From: Candidatus Fokinia solitaria
GTDB lineage: Bacteria; Pseudomonadota; Alphaproteobacteria; Rickettsiales; Midichloriaceae
Reading direction: 5' to 3'
NCBI RefSeq assembly: GCF_003072485.1
Contig: NZ_CP025989.1
Coordinates: 780,001-812,000, forward strand
DNA length: 32,000 nt
Part shown: one piece after another, positions 10,095 through 19,178 of the stretch
Position numbering within the stretch: the first letter of the stretch is position 1
Layout: every line of letters starts with the position of its first letter
Program-made: the position numbers and the translations under genes
The notes under the pieces: generated by a model
Seen by the model: only the letters and a program-made list of their open reading frames with translations
Database searches by the model: none
What the model was told of the DNA's origin: nothing

Positions 10095-11450
10095 CTAAGC
10101 GTCATCACCATATCCTGTAGGTTGCGTCCACTCTTTACCTATAAGAATTTTAGGAGAAAGATACTTGAGAGTACCCATATTACCAAGCATTTCAACAATC
10201 GATGACGTGTAGTAAAAAACGCTATCATAAAACGCTATTTCTGCTTCATACGCATCAACTTGCGCTCTCATAGAATCAGTAAAATTCTTCGTACCTACCT
10301 CGTACTCTATTGCTGTATCCTTAGCAAGCTTCACACGATGCATCAAGGCAGCTTCACGTGCTTTCATCAAGACCACATTACTCTCCATTCTTCCCCATAA
10401 TTTCTTCGCTTCTTCTATTGCTACCGCTTTAGCATCTCTCCAGGCAATTTTAGTACGATTTTTCTCACTATTTTGAGCATATATTCTAGCGTAATCCACT
10501 GGTACGAATATAGGCACCCTAACATTAAGAGAGAGTGTTTTACCTCCGAATAAGTAAGCACTTGTCTCAGAATCATATACACTTTGTGAAGTATCCGGTG
10601 CAATGTTATAAGATACATCGACGGAAGCACCAAGCCTTGAAAGTGCTGCTACAGAATGCGCTTTCTCTCTTTTGTAAGAAAAAGAACTTTGCATAATAGC
10701 ATCATTATGTTGCATTGTAACATCAATCACAGCATCCAAAGAAGCAGGCATAGAAACATTGTGAAAATCAACATGAGAGAGTTTTATGTGCTCATCTGGA
10801 AATTCAGTACCAGTCAGATAGCGGAATTTTCCTTTTTCTTCTTTTAGCGATTCTTCTGCTGCTGTTAACTGACTGACTGCATTCGCCATCTGATATTCTG
10901 CCTCTGCTAAATCGGAAGAGGCAATCACTCCAAGAGAAAACTTCACTTTTGCTTTATCTAAAGCATCTTCATAGTACCTTTTTTGTCTTTGCCTAATCAC
11001 AACTACATCTTTATCATGAAGTACCTTTTCATAACTTAATATCACCTGTGCAGTAACTTTAGTAACGGTATCGTAGAACATGTATGTGTCAGCATTTTTG
11101 TCGGCATTTGAAGAAACGATATCCATCATATCTGCACCACTTTTAAAGATGTTACAGCTTATCTGCAATGAAGCATTCTCGCTGATGTTACGTTCTACTT
11201 TCTGCCCCGTAAACGTCTTCGCGTCCTTTACAGTAGAAATAGAATATCCCCAGTTCGCTGTAGGTAATAGAGTAGCAAGCGCCATATTTTCCCTACCGGA
11301 TGATGCACTCACCTTCTCCTTCGCAGCAGCTATTTTCTGATTATTCTGCAAAGCGGCATCTATAGCCATCGAAATATCATACGCTTCAGACTTGATAAAC
11401 GAAAAACATGACGACATGAACGTCACTACGATGAAAAAGAATCTTAACAC
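10095..11450 (-). CDS. TolC family outer-membrane efflux protein
   Basis: 451 aa with signal peptide, paired internal repeats and a coiled-coil composition: AYDISMAIDAALQNNQKIAAAKEKV, VTAQVILSYEKVLHDKDVVVIRQRQ, YEVGTKNFTDSMRAQVDAYEAE. Confidence 0.85.
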   Translation of the reverse strand: MLRFFFIVVTFMSSCFSFIKSEAYDISMAIDAALQNNQKIAAAKEKVSASSGRENMALATLLPTANWGYSISTVKDAKTFTGQKVERNISENASLQISCNIFKSGADMMDIVSSNADKNADTYMFYDTVTKVTAQVILSYEKVLHDKDVVVIRQRQKRYYEDALDKAKVKFSLGVIASSDLAEAEYQMANAVSQLTAAEESLKEEKGKFRYLTGTEFPDEHIKLSHVDFHNVSMPASLDAVIDVTMQHNDAIMQSSFSYKREKAHSVAALSRLGASVDVSYNIAPDTSQSVYDSETSAYLFGGKTLSLNVRVPIFVPVDYARIYAQNSEKNRTKIAWRDAKAVAIEEAKKLWGRMESNVVLMKAREAALMHRVKLAKDTAIEYEVGTKNFTDSMRAQVDAYEAEIAFYDSVFYYTSSIVEMLGNMGTLKYLSPKILIGKEWTQPTGYGDDA

Positions 11451-11755
11451 TATCTATTGCTACCCCTCTGTTCGAATTTTCACTAGTGGATTTTGAAGAG
11501 ATAGCACTACAATGTCAAGGATGACTTAACAATATGTGTATCCTTTGAATTAGTAGCAAGAAAATCACACACATCCGTAAGTTTCAAGCTATCAAAAAAA
11601 CAGTTTAATACGGACATTTTTGATACTGAATTTTATCGTCGTATCACGATACTATTGATCATTTTTACTCACAACTATAGATTACGGCGAGTATTCGGCT
11701 ATTGGATATCTTCAATCGCTTTGCTTCGATATTAACTAATGCATTTTACACTAGC

Positions 11756-12523
11756 ATGCTAAAGAATAAAATAGGTCTTATAGTTGGTCTCTCAAATGAG
11801 TACTCAATTGCATATAAAACGGCTGTACAATGTTACAATGCCGGTGCTACTCTAGCACTTTCGTGCCAAACACAACTTGCATCTCGCGCAATGCCACTAG
11901 CACAGAAAGTACAGGGAACGCTGTATGAGTGCGATGCTACCGATACCGCATCTGTTGATTTAATGATTCAGCATGTTAAGGAAAAATTTGGAAAATTGGA
12001 TTTTGTGATACATAGCGTCGCATTTGCTCCTAAAGAATGTCTGTCAGGGCGCTTTTTAGACACTTCACATTCTGACTTTTCGCTCACTATGAGTGCTTCG
12101 TGCTTCTCATTTATCTATCTTGCAAAAGCTGCATCAGAATTAATGCACGACGGAGGCAGTATAATAACGATGACATACTACGGCGCGCAAAAAGTTATAC
12201 CTAATTACAATGTAATGGGAGTGGCAAAAGCAGCATTAGAAGCCTGTGTAAGATATGCTGCTCTAGATCTTGGTACAGAAAAAATACGCGTTAACGCTAT
12301 CTCTGCAGGCCCTATCAAGACTCTTGCAGCTTCCGGCATAGGCGGATTTAGCAAAATGCTTCATTGGGTTGAAAAGAACTCCATTATGAGAGAGAATGTA
12401 AGCGGCGCAGATGTAGGAGATAGCGCTGTATATCTAGTCAGTGATATGAGTAAAAACGTCACGGGACAGACTTTATTCGTTGATTCAGGCTATAGCGTAG
12501 TAGGTATGAAACTGGAAGAGTAA
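11756..12523 (+). CDS. fabI: Enoyl-[acyl-carrier-protein] reductase [NADH]
   Basis: GLIVGLSNEYSIAYKTA, LDFVIHSVAFAPK, YYGAQKVIPNYNVMGVAKAALEACVRYAALDLG, RVNAISAGPIKTLAASGI. ATG at 11756 preferred over the TTG start at 11702. Confidence 0.94.
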   Translation: MLKNKIGLIVGLSNEYSIAYKTAVQCYNAGATLALSCQTQLASRAMPLAQKVQGTLYECDATDTASVDLMIQHVKEKFGKLDFVIHSVAFAPKECLSGRFLDTSHSDFSLTMSASCFSFIYLAKAASELMHDGGSIITMTYYGAQKVIPNYNVMGVAKAALEACVRYAALDLGTEKIRVNAISAGPIKTLAASGIGGFSKMLHWVEKNSIMRENVSGADVGDSAVYLVSDMSKNVTGQTLFVDSGYSVVGMKLEE

Positions 12524-12603
12524 GCAAATTTTATCAGGAGATCGTGAAGAGATTTTATACAGCACTGCAAAATATCTTCATTTTCTCCTCTCTTATATAT
12601 CAA

Positions 12604-12891
12604 TTAGCCTAATTCGTTCTTTGATTTGAAAAAGAAATGATCAAGTGACATCTTATTCTCCATCATCTTGCTGAGTATGAAGTTCGTAGGAGTAAATTTG
12701 AGAATCTCATGCACATCCTTTTCATCTACGGAAATGGTACCAAGATACTTTATGGTCAACTTCTTCTCTTCTACAAGAGTCTCAATCATGGCACTTACTA
12801 CTGTCTTTATGCACTTCGAAGCCTTCTCAGGGCTATAACCTACATCACTAGATACTTGCTGCAACAACAGTATAGAATTATTTAGTTCCAT
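12604..12891 (-). CDS. Divergent HU/IHF-like DNA-binding protein
   Basis: 95 aa. Residues 10-55 align by eye with the HU helical and strand core (VGYSPEKASKCIKTVVSAMIETLVEEKKLTIKYLGTISV), and FTPTNFILSKM resembles the HU C-terminus. The canonical basic DNA-binding arm is not recognisable. Confidence 0.45.
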   Translation of the reverse strand: MELNNSILLLQQVSSDVGYSPEKASKCIKTVVSAMIETLVEEKKLTIKYLGTISVDEKDVHEILKFTPTNFILSKMMENKMSLDHFFFKSKNELG

Positions 12892-13428
12892 TTTAGATAT
12901 TAGTATTTGTTATTACTTACTTTTAGATTGTAGCTAATGCACTAACAACACAATAGGCAGATATATCAACATACGCATGTAAATTGCACGTAATGCTACC
13001 ATAATACTAAAAGTTTCGCTTTGGAGGAGGATACTACAATCATCTATTCATAACAAGAGAAATGTTATGCAGATATAAATTAAAAGCATAGAATATGTAT
13101 ATATTCGTGTGAAGCAGTATCGCTTGTCTTATTTTTTTCTCTTCATCTAACCGAAAAATCCACAAGAATTACCTAATATATCACATTAATAGAAGAGATG
13201 TTAATATTCATAACTCAGTATGAACAAAAATCCAACATAGATTAAACATACTTGTTACGAAGCTATACTAAAATTCGATAAATATAAGATTCATAATATT
13301 GCAATGTTTTTATTTCTTTAGAATAAGATTCGTCATTCAACATTAAAAATAAATTTAATTATTATTGATATATTAGGGTAATATATATTATCATTAAATA
13401 TATCTCTTCATACTTGTTACGTTTCACA

Positions 13429-13734
13429 ATGCAAATTCATAATGATATAAATCCGAAAGTCTTCGAAGCAGTAGGAGATGAAGTCTCAAAAAACATCGCA
13501 ATGTCGTTAGCAAAATTCAGCAATTCGAAATACAAAAAAATACAAGGTAGGCTTTTTATCAAAGCTACACCGAATATGGAGGAAAATATTACAAAAACTA
13601 CCGCAGAAATTGCAGCGCTCACAAAGCGCGAAGTCGCAATTTCTCTCAAAAAAGGTATTGTAGAAAAAATGAAACACGGAGTGACATCATTCAGAGACAG
13701 ATTACTTCGCAGTAGCAAAGAAAAACAAAGATAA
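13429..13734 (+). CDS. Hypothetical small basic protein upstream of adk
   Basis: ORF of 101 aa from ATG 13429 (MQIHNDINPKVFEAVGDEVSKNIAMSLAKF...SSKEKQR), co-directional with adk and fmt. An ORF of similar length exists on the opposite strand, so coding status is uncertain. Confidence 0.4.
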   Translation: MQIHNDINPKVFEAVGDEVSKNIAMSLAKFSNSKYKKIQGRLFIKATPNMEENITKTTAEIAALTKREVAISLKKGIVEKMKHGVTSFRDRLLRSSKEKQR

Positions 13735-13935
13735 CAAAAATGCAATTCACATAATATTTCCTCCTTTATCAAGACAATAAAGTTTAACATTTGAATACTT
13801 CATATGCGGCATATTTAGCCTTTTCTTTTCTCGCTCCGATTCTTCAAATCGCATCAGTTATCGAACTTTATCAGCCTTGCACATTAGATTAAATCATAGT
13901 ACATTCTACAGTTGTTATACGAATATAAGTTCTTC

Positions 13936-14649
13936 ATGCTGAACTCTGTTAAAGCAATCCTGCTAGGATGTCCAGGCAGTGGTAAAGGCACTTTAGGAAA
14001 GGAAATATCGAAATTTCTTTCGATACCGATCCTTTCTACTGGAAAATTGCTCAGGAAGCTTTTTGCTAGCAAAGAACAGAATGGAAATAAAATCAACGGA
14101 GGCGCACTACTGGAAGACGATAAGATGATGCATATTCTGCAAGAAACATTAGTAAAAACAGAGTATACCAACGGAGTTATACTAGACGGATACCCTAGAA
14201 CGATAACACAAGCAGAGTTATTAGATAACGAGATAAAAAAAAAGGACGACACTATAATACTCGATATAGCAGTTAAGCCTGAAATCGCCATTAAGCGGAT
14301 TGTAGGAAGATTTATGTGCAGTCAATGCGATAGTATATACAATCTCTTCTTTAAGCTACCTTATATCAACAATATCATTCTAACGCAGGATATAACTGTG
14401 AAAGATCTGCTATCAAGTAATAATTCATCGTGTAAATGCGATCACTGCGGTAGCGAAACATTTTACAGTCGCGAAGATGATACCGAAGAAATAGCGTTAA
14501 AAAGGTATAAAGAATACGTCAAAAACACATTACCACTTACTGACTACTATAAACACAGAAAGTTCTATTTTCACTTCGATGGCAATAACTCATCTCAGCA
14601 CTTATTCGATGAAGTAAAGAATGTGCTTCATGCAAAGAAAGATAACTAG
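13936..14649 (+). CDS. adk: Adenylate kinase, cytoplasmic-type paralog with Cys4-type LID
   Basis: ILLGCPGSGKGTLG P-loop, GVILDGYPRT, GRFMCSQC...CKCDHCG, SREDDTEEIALKRYKEY. ATG 13936 preferred; the ORF track start at 13912 is TTG. Confidence 0.88.
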   Translation: MLNSVKAILLGCPGSGKGTLGKEISKFLSIPILSTGKLLRKLFASKEQNGNKINGGALLEDDKMMHILQETLVKTEYTNGVILDGYPRTITQAELLDNEIKKKDDTIILDIAVKPEIAIKRIVGRFMCSQCDSIYNLFFKLPYINNIILTQDITVKDLLSSNNSSCKCDHCGSETFYSREDDTEEIALKRYKEYVKNTLPLTDYYKHRKFYFHFDGNNSSQHLFDEVKNVLHAKKDN

Positions 14650-14682
14650 TATATTAATTTCTTAAGTATTTATTAAAGCTAC

Positions 14683-15657
14683 ATGACATTGGTATTCATG
14701 GGTTCAGGAGAGTTCGCTTTATATCCATTGTTAAAGCTCCTTAAAAGCGAACATAAAGTGAGTGCAATATATACAAAAGGTGAAAAAAATAATCCGATTC
14801 TGAACTTAGCGCATGAAAACAGTATTCAAGTTTTTACTCCAAATTCTCTCAAAAGCGAAGACCATGTTACACAACTGAAAATGCTCGCTCCCACCATATG
14901 TGTAGTAGCATCGTATGGACTCATCATTCCTTCATCAATGCTTAATATTCCAGTAAACGGATTTATTAATATACATCCATCATCATTACCAAGATGGCGC
15001 GGCGCTGCTCCAATTCAACGTGCGATAATATCTGGAGACAGACATATCCACGTATGCATTATGCAGATGGATAGCGGACTTGATACAGGAAATATAATAC
15101 TATCTCAACTGGTAGAACTCAAAGACGAAACATACTCTGAGATTTTACCGATTCTTTCCAACATAGGTGCAAATTTACTGCTTGAAGCATTAGAATTAAT
15201 AAAAAAAAACACAACAATCTTCATAAAACAAGCTGAAGATGGCATTACATATGCTGATAAAATCAAGAACACAGAATGCATGATAAGTTATGATAAAACA
15301 GGATACGAAGTACATAACCTTGTAAGAGGACTCTCTAAAATAGCATGCGCTTTTCTACTATTTCAGCAAAAAAGATTAAACTTGATAAAAAGCACTCTAC
15401 TAAAATTTGGAAGTACTGAATATCAACAATACTTATGCACCGCTCAAGTTCTCTGTAATCTGCAATCTTTTTCAAAAGTCCATACAAAACATAGAATAGA
15501 GTTGCAAAATGCCGATCTGCTATTCGCTAAGAAAAAAGGCATAGGAATCTATTTTGCAGGCGATAGAAGTATACTAATTCTCGAAATAGTACAACTCGAA
15601 GGTAAAAAGATTATGTCTGGTGCAGATTTCTCAAACGGTCTATTGGTTAAAATATAA
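14683..15657 (+). CDS. fmt: Methionyl-tRNA formyltransferase
   Basis: MTLVFMGSGEFALYPLLKLL, VVASYGLIIPSSML, FINIHPSSLPRWRGAAPIQRAIISGD, IMQMDSGLDTGNI. Confidence 0.96.
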   Translation: MTLVFMGSGEFALYPLLKLLKSEHKVSAIYTKGEKNNPILNLAHENSIQVFTPNSLKSEDHVTQLKMLAPTICVVASYGLIIPSSMLNIPVNGFINIHPSSLPRWRGAAPIQRAIISGDRHIHVCIMQMDSGLDTGNIILSQLVELKDETYSEILPILSNIGANLLLEALELIKKNTTIFIKQAEDGITYADKIKNTECMISYDKTGYEVHNLVRGLSKIACAFLLFQQKRLNLIKSTLLKFGSTEYQQYLCTAQVLCNLQSFSKVHTKHRIELQNADLLFAKKKGIGIYFAGDRSILILEIVQLEGKKIMSGADFSNGLLVKI

Positions 15658-15752
15658 CCCTCTTCAGTTTTACTTACTTTTTTTGAGATAAAGATTGCTT
15701 ATTTCATACCTTTGAGTAATATCAACTCCGAATATGAAATTTTTTATTGAGA

Positions 15753-16583
15753 ATGAAGAAATTTTTAACAGCAGTACTGCTCTCTGCGGTCGTTTTCATT
15801 AGCGCGTGTAGTCCGCAACATACTAATCTTGATAGCACTACTCAAGAAAATCCTATCTCAAGAGTAAAGATAATTCTCTTAGGTGCGCCAGGTAGCGGCA
15901 AAGGCACTTTCGGTGCAATGCTTTCCACTCAACTTAATGTTCCAATATTGTCAATGGGTGATGCAATACGAGAGTATTTCAAATCCTCTTCCGATCCTAA
16001 GGCTGCACAACTACAAGGCGGCAAACTGTTAGATGATGAAACTACTATTCAGATTTTAAAGAAAAAACTGTTAGAGCCACAGTATGCAAATGGTGTCATA
16101 TTAGACGGATATCCACGTACAGTAGCGCAGGGACTTATGTTAGATGAGGCTTTAGGCGCTAGCAACTCTCCAATCATTATCAACGTTCATGCTTCTCTTA
16201 ATGTGATAGAGAAAAGAAGTGCTGGTCGCTTTATGTGCGCTGAGTGTAATGCAATCTACAATCTATACTTCAGCTTGCCAAAGATACATGATAAGTCTCT
16301 CGATAGCGGCAAAGTCACAAGAGCACAGATGTTAGCACGTGATAATATGTGCACTTGCGATCATTGTGGAAGCAAGAAATTCTATGCGAGAAAAGACGAT
16401 ACACGTAAGGTGATATTGCATAGATATTGCGAATATCGGAAGAATACCTTGCCGCTTATAAAGCACTACCAAACGTATCCTGCTTTCTTCACTGTTGATG
16501 GCAATTGCTCCATTTCCCTTCTCTCTCAGCAAGCTATAACTCTTGCAGAGAAGCTTCGCCCTCTTCTCGCTGCTAGAAAATAG
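15753..16583 (+). CDS. Adenylate kinase paralog with predicted N-terminal lipoprotein signal peptide
   Basis: MKKFLTAVLLSAVVFISAC|SPQ lipobox-like N-terminus followed by an adenylate kinase core: ILLGAPGSGKGTFG, SMGDAIREYF, GVILDGYPRT, GRFMCAEC...CTCDHCG, ARKDDTRKVILHRYCEYRKNTLPL. ATG 15753 preferred over TTG 15747. Confidence 0.9.
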   Translation: MKKFLTAVLLSAVVFISACSPQHTNLDSTTQENPISRVKIILLGAPGSGKGTFGAMLSTQLNVPILSMGDAIREYFKSSSDPKAAQLQGGKLLDDETTIQILKKKLLEPQYANGVILDGYPRTVAQGLMLDEALGASNSPIIINVHASLNVIEKRSAGRFMCAECNAIYNLYFSLPKIHDKSLDSGKVTRAQMLARDNMCTCDHCGSKKFYARKDDTRKVILHRYCEYRKNTLPLIKHYQTYPAFFTVDGNCSISLLSQQAITLAEKLRPLLAARK

Positions 16584-16593
16584 AAGCATCTAA

Positions 16594-16628
16594 CTTTCCA
16601 AAAAGTGGCTTTTGCTCTTTTTGGAAAG
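16594..16628 (+). terminator. Stem-loop downstream of the lipoprotein-type adenylate kinase gene
   Basis: Perfect 12-bp inverted repeat CTTTCCAAAAAG (16594-16605) / CTTTTTGGAAAG (16617-16628) with an 11-nt loop, 10 bp after the stop codon. No long U-tract follows immediately. Confidence 0.55.
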
Positions 16629-16879
16629 GAAGCTGTTTTCTAGTAATCACTGCACTCAGCTTTGAGTATCCTCCTCGTCCGTGTTGCTGCGGCTAGCGAT
16701 ATAAAAAGCGTAAAAAGATTAGATACAGTAAAGTGCTACGGTTTTTCACTGCATTACTATAATACAGTACTTTCTATTTACTTCTTGCATCTCAATCCTT
16801 ACAATCATTGCCTTAGGTAGGTATATTTTTTCTTTGTCAAATAACACTTTAATTATCTTATAAAGTCTTCATTTTTCTT

Positions 16880-18382
16880 ATGAGTAGCACGAAATCTCTT
16901 ACAAATGACACATTTCCTAATTTCTTATGCCTTCTCTTCTTCGTCGAAATGTGGGAACGCTTCAGTTATTATGGAATGCGTGCTTTGCTCGTACTATTCT
17001 TGACATCTTACATTGGAGTTACAGATAAAAAAGCGTACGTTATATACTCTCTCTTCGCAGCAATATCGTATGCAGTACCGATCATAGGAGGCTATCTTGC
17101 CGATCGAGTCATGGGATTTAGAAAAATGGTCATAATAGGTGCTCTCGTCATGACATTTGGACATACCGCACTAGCACTCTCTGGCACTGATCTATGCGCA
17201 ATATTTCTTGGATTAAGTTTAATTGGAGTAGGCACAGGGTTATTTAAAGGTAACATCACTAATCTTCTTGGAGAATGTTATCGTCATAAAGAAGAAGATA
17301 GAAGTACAGGCTTTGGATTATTTTATGTAGGAGTCAATGTAGGTTCATTTTTAGCTTCCATTTCATGCGCAATCGTAGCGCATCAATATGGATGGCATTA
17401 CGGCTTTGGATTAGCAGGATTTGGCATGTTATTAGGATTAATAACTTTTATTAAATTTCAATATGTCTTAGGAGATACTGGAAGAAGTCCTATAAATAGC
17501 ACAAAGCTCATGAACATCATGCAATTCTCAGGAGTGATAATTTTCAGTATCATTTTATCTATCATATGCACCGTCTCGTTTGAAAATTCAGAGTTATTTG
17601 TCAACGTGCTGCAATACTTCGGATTTGCTCTCCTTATAATCTTCGGATATATCACGTATAAAACAGATGAACGTTACAGAGAAAATATGTACATTATAGC
17701 GATAATGACAATTTTCTTAATGCTATTCTTCGCATTAGAGATGCAGCTTGGGTCATTGATCAATTTATTCACTGAAAGAAACGTTACTAACAGCATCTTA
17801 GAAATACAAATTCCTGCAGCAATTTCTCAAGCAATTAATCCAATCTCTGTTATTCTATTCGGTCTTTTGTTCAATACCTTCTTTAAGCTACGTAAGTCGT
17901 TAGATACGTTTAGAATGCTGCTGGGAATACTTGCAATTGCAGCATGTTTCTTCATACTTTACTTCGGTTGTATAAATGCTGATACTACAAGCCGCGTGCA
18001 CTATGTATACCTTATAGTGAGTATATCAATCATGGGACTTGGAGAAATTTTCATCGCTCCCGTAGTACAATCATATGTATCCTTACTTGCGCCTCAAAAA
18101 TATAAAGGACTCATTATGGGCATAATGCTACTCTCACTTGCATTTTCTAATTTAGGAGGGGTAGTAATTGCAGAATTTATGTCTATACCACACGATAACG
18201 GAATATCTACAGCATATAAATCTCTTCAGATATATAAAAAGGGATTTTGGGATATAGCTATTTTCAATCTCTACATAGCTATAGCATTTATTCCATTCGG
18301 TCTATATATCCACAGAAAGCTCTCAAAGAGAAACAGCACTAATGAGAGTGATACAAACGATCATAGCGTAAGCACACACTAG
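16880..18382 (+). CDS. POT-family (proton-dependent oligopeptide) transporter
   Basis: VEMWERFSYYGMRALLVLFLTSY, GGYLADRVMGFRKMVIIGAL, GTGLFKGNITNLLGECY, GFGLFYVGVNVGSFLAS. Confidence 0.93.
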   Translation: MSSTKSLTNDTFPNFLCLLFFVEMWERFSYYGMRALLVLFLTSYIGVTDKKAYVIYSLFAAISYAVPIIGGYLADRVMGFRKMVIIGALVMTFGHTALALSGTDLCAIFLGLSLIGVGTGLFKGNITNLLGECYRHKEEDRSTGFGLFYVGVNVGSFLASISCAIVAHQYGWHYGFGLAGFGMLLGLITFIKFQYVLGDTGRSPINSTKLMNIMQFSGVIIFSIILSIICTVSFENSELFVNVLQYFGFALLIIFGYITYKTDERYRENMYIIAIMTIFLMLFFALEMQLGSLINLFTERNVTNSILEIQIPAAISQAINPISVILFGLLFNTFFKLRKSLDTFRMLLGILAIAACFFILYFGCINADTTSRVHYVYLIVSISIMGLGEIFIAPVVQSYVSLLAPQKYKGLIMGIMLLSLAFSNLGGVVIAEFMSIPHDNGISTAYKSLQIYKKGFWDIAIFNLYIAIAFIPFGLYIHRKLSKRNSTNESDTNDHSVSTH

Positions 18383-18608
18383 TAGCTGTAAGTATAGATT
18401 TGAAGAAACGCATTTAATCTATTGTTCTTCATAAAGGGTAGTGATAAGCGCAGAGGACGTATATCGCCATGAATAAAAGAAATGCAAGAGAACTTTTTAG
18501 AGAGGTCATTTTCCACTTTATGAAGCAGTACTATACTCTGTCTTGCCCGCTACTTCCAAACAAAATACACAACTGCTCAAATATTAGGTACGATACGAGA
18601 GATATCAT

Positions 18609-19037
18609 TTAAAAATTGATTACATCGTCATCATTATCATCTTCTGCACCATGTTCCGTCTTTTGCTGATGCCCTACATGTTCTAACTTTAGTAAAGACG
18701 ATGAGTTACTTTGCAATACTATTTCAGTTACGCTTCTCTTCTCGTCCTGGCTACCTTTCCACAATCTTGTATGCACAGAACCTTCTATATACAGCGCATC
18801 TCCTGCACGTACATTCTTTTTTACAAAGCTAACAATCCACGGTACAAATACACAAATCCTGTGATACTCCTTCTTCGTCACTTTAGTTCTATCTCTTGTA
18901 ATCCAGTGCTCTACCGTATACAGGGTAAAGTTTATCACTTCTTTTTCCTCTCCAGTTCTATCAGTTCCTGACGTTTTTCTCACTACAGGATCGCGATCTA
19001 CTATTCCTACTAATGTTATTTTATTCTTTGTTTTCAT
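18609..19037 (-). CDS. ssb: Single-stranded DNA-binding protein; ATG at 19037 preferred
   Basis: OB-fold core KITLVGIVDRDPVVRKT...VINFTLYTVEHW...EYHRICVFVPWIVSFVKKNVRAGDALYIEGSVHTRLW, plus an acidic tail ending DDDVINF. Confidence 0.88.
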   Translation of the reverse strand: MKTKNKITLVGIVDRDPVVRKTSGTDRTGEEKEVINFTLYTVEHWITRDRTKVTKKEYHRICVFVPWIVSFVKKNVRAGDALYIEGSVHTRLWKGSQDEKRSVTEIVLQSNSSSLLKLEHVGHQQKTEHGAEDDNDDDVINF

Positions 19038-19178
19038 GTTACACAGCAACTCACTAAAAGATTTATTGAGTCTGATGGTGTTATGAAAGAAAGTCAATAT
19101 ACAAAATAAAACAAGTGCCACACTTTATACAAAGCAGCATACTTATCTTGAGAGTCTCTATATTAGATAGTGCATGAT

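Noticed and set aside
12892-13428. Possible replication origin (AT-rich, AAATCCACA resembling a DnaA box)
   Set aside because: Only a single weak DnaA-box-like match and no cluster or supporting neighbour genes. GC skew across the genome would be needed.
13437-13790. Minus-strand 117-aa ORF antisense to the small ORF at 13429-13734
   Set aside because: No recognisable domain. The plus-strand ORF is co-directional with adk and more protein-like in composition, so the antisense ORF is probably spurious.
18472-18618. Short plus-strand ORF (MNKRNARELFREVIFHFMKQYYTL...)
   Set aside because: 48 codons, no recognisable family, and it overlaps the end of ssb on the other strand. Insufficient support.
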